From Eledone cirrhosa (lineage: Eukaryota): a stretch of DNA of 64,000 nt. Positions 14,493 through 28,467 of the stretch are shown here, piece after piece. The translations under genes and the position numbers were made by a program. The stretch spans positions 253,394,001 through 253,458,000 of the forward strand of contig OZ024742.1 of NCBI GenBank assembly GCA_964016885.1. The letters run 5' to 3'. The notes beneath the pieces are model-generated. The model was not told where the DNA came from and searched no databases. It worked only from the letters and a program-made list of their open reading frames with translations. Numbering within the stretch: position 1 is the first letter of the stretch; each line of letters begins with the position of its first letter.

Positions 14493-14759
14493 TATATATA
14501 TATATATATATAACTCATATATAAATTCATAAATGGGAGAAGTCAGCAAAAATAAATACAGACAAATTAACTATACTTAATTTACATACTCTTATGCAGT
14601 CTCACGATGCAAAACAAATATTAGACATCTCAGCAAGCCAGAACATCTAACTCTTCATGGAGAACATGATTCTTCAGAAGACATTCCCATAATAAGAGAA
14701 AAATAATCCCTCAAATGACCACTATATATGTGTTTTTCCAAGAGAAATATCACATGCAT

Positions 14760-15041
14760 AGTGACTGGTATGAAGAAAAGTCAAAGATGGATGGACGAAA
14801 TGTTAAAAGGAGAACTAGAAATAGTTCATCTACAAGGCTGCCAAAGAAAAGGTTGGGAAGACCCTTCAGTTGTGTCAAAGACATGACAACTGTTCTTGTG
14901 CACTTGGCAGAATGTGAGACTGTAGGTAAGTGAGATGCAGATCACCTTTGGCTTGTCTGAGAGGTCAGTAACCCTGTTTCAGTACTGACATGATGTAAGT
15001 AAACCAGTCCAACACTTGCCCACATGGAAAACAGATGATTA

Positions 15042-15097
<56 letters not shown>
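14760..15097 (+). mobile_element. Degraded RTE-like LINE 3' end
   Basis: Ends in accagtccaacacttgcccacatggaaaacagatg..(GAT)n, similar to the tails at 11390-11456 and 14435-14492. Confidence 0.5.
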
Positions 15098-15655
15098 ATA
15101 GTAATTAGCAAATTCCCAATAGAGTGGCTGTTCCAAGCTATGTGACATATATCATTATCATCATGCTCATCATTTACATTGGTTCTTTCTGCTAACAATG
15201 GTTGGATAAGTTGTCACAGGCCAAGTCATATAGACATACACACACACACATATACATATAAATATGTATATATGTGTGTATATATATATATCCATATATC
15301 TCTCTCTCTATATATATATATATGTATTCCAACCGTGACCATCTCCACTGAAAGTTTACGTGAAATAGTCTTTTTTAAGACTATACAGAGCATTTGTAGT
15401 TGTCCCAAATTGAAGGATGAGTATTTTAAACTTAATTTTATCATGAGTTAAGGCTCTATTGATTTTTCCCTGGATTTCACTAAATTCTGTTGGATAAATC
15501 TATATCCTGATTCTTTTTGAATTGAGTTTGAATTATTTTCCCCACATCTTACGTTAACTATTTTCCCATTTTGACGCTATAGTCACTTATATATTATGGA
15601 ATACTGTTGGCTTCTTGCTACAATACTTTCTATACCTTTCATTTATATATATGTA

Positions 15656-15687
<32 letters not shown>

Positions 15688-15691
15688 CAGA

Positions 15692-15772
<81 letters not shown>

Positions 15773-16004
15773 TATTTTCACCTAAGTACATACTGGTTTA
15801 GAAAATAATTGTAGACATATCTTAGTTCTGAAGACCTAGTTAGAAGATGGTGTAATCAGATGAAAAGACATATTAAACACAAATTATATTGGATAGCCTG
15901 TCTCAATCAATTCTCATTTTTACAGCTAATCACAATTTCTAAGAATGTAAAAAATTAACACTACTGTCTTTGGAGATCTTAACATTGTTATTGTTGTGGG
16001 TGTT

Positions 16005-16009
16005 ATTGC

Positions 16010-16040
<31 letters not shown>

Positions 16041-16168
16041 GCTGATGTTGCTGGTGTGATTGCAACATCACTATTTGTACTAGCAGCAGTAGAAACAGCA
16101 GCAGTAGAAGTAGTAGTAGTAGTAGCAGCAGCAGCTGTAGTAGCAGTAGTAGTAGCAGTAATAGTAGT

Positions 16169-16199
<31 letters not shown>

Positions 16200-16290
16200 C
16201 AGCAGCAGGAGCAGCAGTAGTAACAGCAGCAGCAGTAGTAGTAGTAGTAATAGTAACAATAGTAATAGTAGTAACAGCAGTAACAGCAGC
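16005..16290. repeat. Compound trinucleotide microsatellite (GTT/GTA/GCA)n
   Basis: Directly visible. Confidence 0.95.
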
Positions 16291-16294
16291 AAGA

Positions 16295-16770
16295 GAATTC
16301 GAAGTTAACTTTGCCTTTCATCCTTTCGGGGTCGATAAAATAAAGTACCAGTAATGCACTGGGTAATTGCTGGTCTTGTGCCTAACGTAGAAACAATTAT
16401 TATTATTATATATTAAGGCGGTGGATTGGCAGTGTTGGTAGAGCGTCGGACACCAAGCTTTTCAACATAGAGTTATGTCCCTTTACATTCTGATTTCAAA
16501 TCCCACTGAGGTTAGCTTTGCCTTTTATCCTTACGGGGTCCATAAAATAAAGTACCAGTAATGCACTGGGTCGATTTAATCACCTTTCCCTTTCCCCCCA
16601 AATTGTTGGCCTTGTGCATAAATCAGAAACCAATATTATCATTATTATTGTTATTTTGTTATTTTGTGCCGAGGTTAACTTTGCCTTTCATCTTTACGGG
16701 GTCGATAAAATAAAGTACCAGTAATGTACTGGTTAATTGTGGCCTTGTGCCAAAAGTAGAAACAATTATT
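16295..16770 (+). mobile_element. Three tandem Nin/Deu-domain-like SINE copies (one full-length, 16416-16640)
   Basis: Repeated gcctttcatcct..ggggtcgataaaataaagtaccagt...gccttgtgc..agaaac(aat/att)n. Confidence 0.88.
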
Positions 16771-16799
16771 GTTATTTTGTGCATTATCACTGCATTACT

Positions 16800-17200
16800 G
16801 ATTGCCTTTCTGGTGTCTTGGGTGGTTTTGGGTGGTTTTTGTATTGATAGTACTCTTTATAATATGTGTGCTGTGCCTAGTAGTGCTATTTTTTGTATGT
16901 TGTATATATTTGTGAGTCCTGGAGTTTTGGTTATGTATCTGTCTGCATGCTTTTTTATCATTCCCAGAGCACCTATAATTATAGGTATTGTTTCTGTCTT
17001 CAATATCCACATTCAGGTTATTTCTATCTCTAGATCTTTAAATTTGGATAGATTCTCCACTTCTCCATTTCCTTGGTAGAAATGTTGTCATCAGTGTGGA
17101 TTGATACATCAATCAGAAGACATTGTTTTTCTTTGGAGTCTTTGACAATAATGTCTGGTTCGTTGGCTTTGATCTCCCTGTCTGTATTGGTATATCCCAA
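16800..17200 (-). mobile_element. R4/Dong-like LINE 3' fragment (RLE domain)
   Basis: Minus-strand NEPDIIVKD..CLLIDVSI..KFKDLEIEI..IPIIIGALGMI..LLGTAHI. The 5' end is at (ATT)n. Confidence 0.8.
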
Positions 17201-17213
17201 TTATTATTATTAT

Positions 17214-20200
17214 TGGGTAATTTTTCTTGTATATTCTTGTGACTTTGTTATTGTTATTTATATTGTTTACACGTTGTATATGTATATGTAAACCCCCACT
17301 GTCCCAGTCCTTTGTATTGTCCTGTGAAGGGGAAAGTATAATATTTGGGCCTTTTGGCCCAAATATTTCGTTAATATTTGTACATTCTACATTTAAAAAA
17401 AAAAAAAACATGGCTGAGCCCCCCCAGCAATATGTCTGCTGTCGTGTGACAACAGCTTAAAAGTTGAGAGGAGGGTTACAGAAATTAATACAACAGACAC
17501 CACCACAAAACACGTGAACAAAGACAACAACACTGAGAACACTAATTGAAAAAAAATTACCACACCAACTACAACAATAACAGCAACAACCAAAATACAG
17601 ACAACAGAAAAAAATCACAACAAATGCAACAACGATATTAACACCACTAACAAGAAAAAAAGCAATGACAACACCAACAGCAACAATACAAATTGCACCG
17701 AAAACGACAACAACGGTGGCACCAAAAACGCAACCAACTACAACAGTGATAACAACAACAACACTAACAACACCGTTTGTAGCAGTAGCAACAGCAACAG
17801 CACCAACAACAAGACCAGTAGCAGCAGTAGCGGCATAAATAATGGTGCCGCTGAAAAAGGGGCCACTTCTTTCGCAGGTGTGGCCCGAAATATAGAGACA
17901 GTGCTAGTCACGGAGGAGGAGATGGCAGTCGCAAGAGCCATGGTGTCAAGAAATGACAATAGAGTTACTCTGAAACCTCCACCCGATTTCTTCAAAGACC
18001 AGCAGCTGCACACGGTGACTTACAGCAGTGTAAGCAAAATCTCACATCGAGTGGCGAGAACCAGGGAGGCTCAAATCCAAAAGGTCTTGGGGTGCGTCTG
18101 GGCGCGCAAAACGCACATCACCCGAGGCAAAACGTACGCCACAGTAGACGTACTTTTCGCCACCCGCCAAGAGGCGAAGTCTCACTCTTTGGAAACCCTA
18201 AAGAGTGAGGAGATAGTCTTGGTGCCCTCCTACTGCGAGCAGAAAATTGTGAGGGTCAAAGTGACCCAGGTCCCGCCCGACGTGCCCATACCTTGGCTGG
18301 CCGCGTCTGTACTTGCTGGAATCGAGGAGAAGACCCCATACTGCAAATACAGAGAATGGGAAGAGAGAATGAACTTCGGTGCATACCTCGACGGACTGCC
18401 GCGGCTCTCGACGACCGCAGTGCTGCGAAAAGCCGATAATAGCAGGTGAAATACGGGAAGCGATATCTGACTGCATGAGGGGTAAATCACCAGGTTTGTA
18501 TGGTCTGCCCAACGAGCTTTATGCGTATATGCCAGACTTGTTCGGCGACCTCTTGGCAGATGTCTACTGCAAATGGCAGCAGAACGGGAGCATTCCCAGT
18601 TTTGTGAGCCGGGGGACAGTGGCGCTGCAGAGAAAAGACCCGAACAAGGGGGAAGTTGTAGACAACTTCAGGCCCATAACACTGCTAAACGCAGAGTTTA
18701 AGATTTTGGCCAAGGTGTTAGCAAAGAGATTGGCACTTGTCATTGGTGATCTGGTGGGAGAGGAGCAGACATGCGCCATCCCGGACAGATCCTTCCACGA
18801 CAACCTCCATCTCATGCGATACATCATAGAGAGGTTGGTTAAGGAACCTGGTACGGGTGGAGCCCTGATCAACTTTTGATAGGGTCGACCATCGGTACCT
18901 GGTTGCGGTCCACGAGGCGGCCGGCTTCAGGCCCGTTTTTAGGGGCTGGATTGCTGCAATGCACAGAGACATCTGCTCTATTGTGAGGATGAATGGTCAC
19001 CTGTCGCAGTCTTTCAGTACGCCAGGGTTGCCCCTCTCGTCCTTCTTGTACGTACTGGACCTAGAACCGTTACAGCACAAATTGGAGATGATGAGGGGGG
19101 TCCCACATGAACTGGGATGCGGGAGGTCCGTGTCAGCTTACGCCGACGACGTCACCGTAGTGATGTCGAGCACCAAACACGTCCAGATGCTCAGCACCGC
19201 TCTCAAGGAATACGAAGCGGTGACAGTGGCAACGATAAACCAGGAAAAGTCAGTGGGCTTGCAACTTGGCGCTTGGAGAGGCAAGTCCATGCCGTCTGAC
19301 AACGTCATGGGGCACTGGACGGAAGGACCGGTTAAATTTCTCGGGTCTGGTTCGGTCCGGACCTCCAGATGGAGAAAACTGGAACGAGGTGACGAGCAGG
19401 GTGGCCTCTCTCACCCAGAAATGGGCCTAGAGGAGGCTGTCTCTGAAAGGTCGGGCGGAGGTGGCGAATGCGAACATAGCATCCGTCATTTACTACCGCC
19501 TGACCGTTGTACCTTGCCCCCGCCCAACTCTTACCAAAATGGAGCACCTTCTCTTCCACTTTTTGTGGAAGTGACGTGTTCCCATGGTCAGACGATCCAT
19601 TTGCTGTCAACACCCGTTGCGTGGAGGACTAGGCATGCTGTGGCTGAGGCTGCGACATCTCTGTTGCTTCCTTGATGGTGAAGAGGTGTGGTCGCCGTTT
19701 GTCAGACGCGCTTTTCCCAGCTCGTCTCCTTGACGGAGCTGCAGTCCTGGATCAGGAAAAGACCAAGGGATAGCGCTTGAAAGCTGGAATGTCTCCAAGC
19801 GCTCACCACCCTCTACCAGCTGGGCCCTAGTATCGGTGGAACATCCACCTCGGCATTCTATAGAGGGCTAGTGGAGGGAAAGAGCGATGACGTTCTCGGG
19901 GAGACCCTGGGCGTCGTAGACGATCAGCTGTTCGCCCTCTTCAAGAGAACTTTCATACCGGGGCCTATGGACAACTTCCAGAAATCCTTGGCCTGGCAGT
20001 GCTACCAGGGAACGTTGCCAGTTCGGGATAAGCTCTACAGGCACGGAGGTGCTGTCAGCCGAACCTGTCCGAGATGCGCGCAGGGCGACGAAACCATCCT
20101 GCATGCACTCGTTCAGTGCCCGAGGATTGCTGACTTGTGGAGCTATGTTGAACAGCTGCTGTCATGTGTAGGACGGATCCGGTTATCGACTGAGTCCATT

Positions 20201-20745
20201 GTGCAGATAGCCCCGCCATCCTCCTTTAAAGAGGAGGAAGGACAGGCAGTTTTCCTCCGCCTGGTGGCCATGGCGAAAGTGATTGTGTGGTGGACAAGGT
20301 TGAAAGGAATGAAGACGGAAATTTCCTCTTCGGCTAATCCCAGATTAACTTTTTCAAGTTTCACTTGAAGAGGAAAATCAGGGTGAAGAGGCAAAGGCTG
20401 TTCTAGGAAGTTTGTTGAAAGGTGGCTGAATGTGGTGAGTCTGGTCCGAGTGAACGGGCCCGCTCTGAGTATGCACCTGTAGACTGAGGAGTGGGAAAGC
20501 TGAGAAAGGGCGCTTGCCCTGGTGGTCAGGGTGGCTGTGGTCTTTTTGTGTGGTTTTCGCCACACAAAATGTTTCCTCGGATGTTTCCCCCTTTTTGGGG
20601 AATTTTTGTTGTTTGAATTTTTTTGATTTCTACTCCGATTTTGTTAAAACCTGTTTACACGACCAAAACCCATTTTTTATCGTCCTGTACTGTTCCGTGC
20701 CGTCTCTAATGTTTTTCAGGTATTATTTCAGGTGTTGTTTCAGGT
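17214..20745 (+). mobile_element. Tx1/L1-like LINE copy A, internally deleted (ORF1 part fused to RT and C-terminal zinc finger)
   Basis: KSPGLYGLP, NFRPITLLNAEFKILAK, SAYADD and CPRC..ET..H...C. The 5' region is homologous to copy B. APE domain missing. Confidence 0.9.
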
Positions 20746-21877
20746 GTTATTTTAGTGTTTGTTCTGTTGTGTATGGTATGTGTAATGTGAGTTGTGTTAT
20801 TTTAGTGTTTGTTCTGTTGTGTATGGTATGTGTAATGTGAGTTGTGTTGTTTTAGTGTTTGTTCTGTTGTGTATGGTATGTGTAATGTGAGTTGTGTTAT
20901 TTTAGTGTTTGTTCTGTTGTGTATGGTATGTGTAATGTGAGTTGTGTTGTTTTAGTGTTTGTTCTGTTGTGTATGGTATGTGTAATGTGAGTTGTGTTGT
21001 TTTAGTGTTTGTTCTGTTGTGTATGGTATGTGTAATGCGAGTTGTGTTGTTTTAGTGTTTGTTCTGTTGTGTTTGATATGTGCAATGTGAGTTGTGTTGT
21101 TTTAGTGTTTGTTCTGTTGTGTATGATATGTGCAATGTGAGTTGTGTTGTTTTAGTGTTTGTTCTGTTGTGTATGGTATGTGCAATGTGAGTTGTGTTAT
21201 TTTAGTGTTTGTTCTGTTGTGTATGATATGTGCAATGTGAGTTGTGTTGTTTTAGTGTTTGTTCTGTTGTGTATGGTATGTGTAATGTGAGTTGTGTTGT
21301 TTTAGTGTTTGTTCTGTTGTGTATGGTATGTGTAATGTGAGTTGTGTTATTTTAGTGTTTGTTCTGTTGTGTATGGTATGTGTAATGTGAGTTGTGTTGT
21401 TTTAGTGTTTGTTCTGTTGTGTATGGTATGTGTAATGTGAGTTGTGTTATTTTAGTGTTTGTTCTGTTGTGTATGGTATGTGTAATGTGAGTTGTGTTGT
21501 TTTAGTGTTTGTTCTGTTGTGTATGGTATGTGTAATGTGACTTGTGTTATTTTAGTGTTTGTTCTGTTGTGTATGGTATGTGTAATGTGAGTTGTGTTGT
21601 TTTAGTGTTTGTTCTGTTGTGTATGGTATGTGTAATGTGAGTTGTGTTGTTTTAGTGTTTGTTCTGTTGTGTATGATATGTGCAATGTGAGTTGTGTTGT
21701 TTTAGTGTTTGTTCTGTTGTGTATGGTATGTGTAATGTGAGTTGTGTTGTTTTAGTGTTTGTTCTGTTGTGTATGATATGTGCAATGTGAGTTGTGTTGT
21801 TTTAGTGTTTGTTCTGTTGTGTATGGTATGTGTAATGTGAGTTGTGTTGTTTTAGTGTTTGTTCTGTTGTTTATGGT
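20744..21877. repeat. 50-bp minisatellite, ~22.5 copies
   Basis: tttagtgtttgttctgttgtgtatggtatgtgtaatgtgagttgtgtt(a/g)t starts every 50 nt from 20751 to 21851. Confidence 0.97.
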
Positions 21878-22644
21878 GGTTATCAATCATGTTAGTGGTT
21901 GTCAATCATGAAGAATATATGTTGTGTAATTTGTGTGGTTTTATTTTATTATATGTTTATAGTATATGGTGTGTGTGTGTGTATGTGTGTGAAGTTTCTT
22001 CAATTTGTGCTGTACTATTGAATCAATAATGTTATGTAGGATGTGGACTGGTCCTAGCAGATCCATTTGTTTGGACAGTGTATAATGTGAATCCTGTGTA
22101 TAATGTGAATCTTTATATTTTTATCATACTCTGTTGTTCAGTGTGCCTTTAGTAAAAATCATTATTGTTACAGGTTTTACCACCATACCTCACATATTGT
22201 ATGTTTTACTGTCAACATCTATTGCTGACACAAGTTTAACCTCTATACCTCACACACTGTATATTGTATACCAACACATCCAAAACTGGCTGTGGTTTTA
22301 TGACACTCCACCGAACATTTTTGTAGGTTTCTATTTAATTGTGACTTTTCCAACATAATTTATATAAGACATTTATGTTAAGATACTATCTTTATAAAGA
22401 AATATTTATAAATTTAATAATTCTCTCAAAATTCTTCATTATATCCTGAGCTCTATGTGCCAGTAAGGTAGAAATGATTGCTGGTAGTTTGAACAATTTA
22501 GAGAGCTTTGGGAGAGAAAAAGCTATATATATATAATACAATGGGGTCCAATCTAAACATTGATTCGTCTTTCCATCTGTCAATACAAAACAGAAATCTT
22601 AGATAACAACTTGCTGTATGAATAACAATTTCGATGTGTATGTA

Positions 22645-23206
22645 TGTTTTTCTGGTTTTATAATTTCACAAATTTTTTCCCAATAGAGAGAGAGTCGGTT
22701 TCTAACATAGACACCAGACTCTCTCATTGGAATTTACACAACATCAACTAGGTAGATTATGTATGCATGCATGTATAGATATGGATGTTATTGTATGTGT
22801 GGATGTGGATGTTTTGAGTTGTATGTGTGCATGTGTATATATGCTTTGTACATGTGTATATGCAGTTATTAGATGCAAAACTTTTGGAATGTTTTACATA
22901 ATTTTACTGTTCCATTAATGGTTGTACTGTAATTTCCTAACTAGTCGTGTTCTTTCTGTTCCTGTGAAGCCTAGCTTCTCAAGATTTGTATTGAGGCAGT
23001 TACTAACATATCCCAGTGCCCGAATAATCACAGGCATAAATCTGAAGGTGTAATCAGGGTGGTGTATCTGCAGATTTCTCATCAGTTCTGCATAAATATT
23101 TTCCTTTTCGCTAATCTTTGATATTATATTGGCATCTGCTGGGCAGCTAATTTCCACTACTGTGCATGCTTTCTTCTCCCTGTCCCATATCATAATATCT
23201 GGTCTG
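22645..23206 (-). mobile_element. R4-like RLE LINE 3' fragment in (TATG)n
   Basis: ORF 22915-23313: KCRHNRPDIMIWD..CTVVEISCP..KENIYAEL. Same family as 43320-43895. Confidence 0.88.
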
Positions 23207-23304
23207 TTATGTCTGCATTTTATTGGGCTTTTTACTGGAACATTCTGTATGTATGTATGTATGTATGTATGTATGTATGTATGTATGTATGTATGTATGT
23301 ATGC

Positions 23305-23693
23305 CTTTGTCAAGTCAGAATTCTAGGAGAAGGAAAACTCTGATATAACACCTGCAACCCTGATGGTATCCAATGATGTTGACTTGTTCTTCTTTTTGGT
23401 AAATATCATCTTGGTTAAGAGAGTGGGACTGGCTTTGTGCAGTGCCTTTGCTCACTATAAAAGCTTCACGGCAGAGGCATTGCTTTATATCTGGAGATCT
23501 CTCTGCACTTGTCGTCACATGGTACCATGGGCCCAGCACTATGTGTCAATAATTGTCACAAGTGTAGTGTTTGTACCAGAGTTTTCAAGTCGCTGGCTGG
23601 ACTAAAAAGTCACACTCGTTCAGCGCATCGGTAGGGGTTCTACTACAGGGATATAAAGTAGTGGCCATACTCGAAAACGAGTTGGCAGCCACC
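23305..23693 (-). mobile_element. Structured 5' module, probably the 5' end of the (TACA)n-associated LINE (second copy 41042-41255)
   Basis: About 210 nt nearly identical to 41042-41255 in reverse complement. Bounded by (TATG)n. Confidence 0.6.
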
Positions 23694-23789
23694 ATGTATG
23701 TATGTATGTATGTATGTATGTATGTATGTATGTATGTATGTATGTGTGTGTGTGTGTGTATGTATCAATGTATGTATGTATGTAAGTAT

Positions 23790-24280
23790 GCATGTATGTG
23801 TGTGTGTGTGATGTGAGCTGTTTTCTAACATAGAAGAAAGAAGATTCTTTCATTGGAATTTAGACAACATCAAATAGGTAAATACATACATATGTCAATA
23901 TGTGTTTGTTTTTGTGTTTGTGGGGGTGTGTTCATGTGTGTGTGCGTGTTAGTATGGATGGTATTGCATGTGTGGATCTGTATTTTTTTAATTATATGTG
24001 TATATGTGCATATGTTTCTGTATTTATACATGCTAAGTTTCTGAAATAATTTACATATTTTTACAGTTCCATTAATGCACTGTACCTGCAACTTGCTAAC
24101 TAGCCACACTTTTTCTAGCTTTGTGGAGCCCAGCTTCTCCTGCTTAGTGCAGAGGCAGTTAATAACATATCCAAAGGTCCCAATGATCACAGGTACAAAT
24201 CTAAAGGTATAGTTAAGTTAGAGGGTTTTCAAATTACCCATTAATTCAGCATAAATGTTCTTCTTTTCTCTAATCTTTAA
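23790..24280 (-). mobile_element. R4-like RLE LINE 3' fragment
   Basis: PVIIGTFGYV..KLQVQCINGTVKICK. 3'UTR shared with the 22645 and 43700 copies. Confidence 0.8.
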
Positions 24281-24300
24281 CAATAAATGTGTGTGTGTGT

Positions 24301-24615
24301 AAAGATGTGTGACCGAGTGGTTGGGGTAGTCAGCTCATGATTGTAAAGTCATAAGTTAGATTCCCAGTTGCACGTTGTGTCCTTGAGCAAAACACTTTAT
24401 TTCACATTGCTCCTGTCCACTCAGCTGGCAAAAATGGGTTGTATGTGTAATTCAAAGCATTAGTCTTATCACTTGTGTCACGCTGAATTTCCCTGAGAAC
24501 TATGTTAAGGGTAAATGTGTTTGTAGAATGCTCAGTCACTTGCACCTTAATTTAACAAGCAGACTGTTCTGTTTATCGAATCAACTGGATCATTCGTGGT
24601 AACCAACAGGGTGCT
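24301..24615 (+). mobile_element. tRNA-derived V/CORE-like SINE, related subfamily
   Basis: gaccgagtggtt head and gtgtccttgagcaaaacactttatttcacattgctcc. The 5' flank is (TG)n. Confidence 0.7.
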
Positions 24616-24624
24616 ATGTATGTA

Positions 24625-25270
24625 TGTTTCTCTTTCTCTTAATTTCAAGTACATTTTTGACCGACCATCTTCCTGGTTTCAAGATTGTAAAAGAAAAGAA
24701 ATTATCATCCCTTGAAACACAAGAATGTTTTGCAAATTTCGAAGGTGCCAGATTTCACAGCCATTTATAGTCTAGAATTAGGGAGTTGCGCTCTTTGTCT
24801 ACAAATACAAGTTCAGTCATACTTTGGTCCAAACGGGTTGATATATAGCCTGTAGTTCCAATAATAATGGGTATGAAGCTGAAGAATCTTGATACTAGAT
24901 CTGCAAACTCATCATCAATGGTTCGTAGATGTCCTCCTTCTTTCTGTATTTTTCTTACAACTTTGACATCAAGTGGGCAGCTGATCTCTACAACAGAGCA
25001 CGTTTTCAATGTGTGGTCCCAAACAACAATATCAGGCCGTTTGTGCTTTAATTTGGTGGCAGTTTCTATTTTCAGATTCCACCAATATTCCTTAGTGCAA
25101 TCTATCTCAACATATTCCTCCTAATTTGTTTTTAATTTTGTTTTCCTAATTGCACTCCATATGGTTCTAGATATCACATTGTGTCTCAGGGAGGAAGTAA
25201 CAAGACGACATTCTTTCGCAGCTGGCAACAATGTGGTTAACATCTTCGATCTTTGTTTTACATAGCCTAC
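24625..25270 (-). mobile_element. R4-like RLE LINE 3' fragment, second family
   Basis: KHKRPDIVVWD..KTCSVVEISCPLD. Reverse complement of 45165-45790. (TATG)n on both sides. Confidence 0.88.
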
Positions 25271-25828
25271 TTCTATTGTAGGTATGTATGTAAGTATGTA
25301 TGTGTGCATGTATGCAGGCATGTATGTATATATGTATTGTATGTATGTATATGTGTTTGTGTGTATGTATATATGTATGTTTGTATGTATATGTGCATGT
25401 ATGCTTGTATGTGTGTATCGTCATCAACAACCTCATTACCATGTAATGTCCATTTTACATAGATGGATTCTCACAGACTTAGTTAGTATTCAAGTAGAGC
25501 TACTGACTTCTCATATAAGCCCTCAGTCTCCATCTAATTTACTTATGAGAAGAATGCTAAGAATGGTGTTATGGGCATATAAATGTGTGATGGGGTGTGG
25601 GCATTTGACAGGGTGATGTGTAGAAGCAGGGGTGCGCTTCAACTGATTAGTAGCTACTGTGATGACAACAGCTACAAGGTATTGGTTATGATTGGTATGT
25701 CATGATTTTATCAAGGTGGTGGGAGATATCCTGAGTAGAGTAGAACAGAGGTAGGGTGGTCCTGGGTAGAGTAAGCTTGAGGGTGTATAGTGGTCATCTG
25801 AACTGTTATTAAGGAATGATGATGATGA

Positions 25829-28460
<2,632 letters not shown>

Positions 28461-28467
<7 letters not shown>

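Noticed and set aside
17340-17367. U2 snRNA-like GGCCTTTTGGC in the Tx1 leader (and a loose match at ~39452-39497)
   Set aside because: Only a short or gapped match, with no Sm site or remaining U2 sequence.
20744-21877. CRISPR-like regular array
   Set aside because: Head-to-tail identical units with no unique spacers, no cas genes, and a eukaryotic context.
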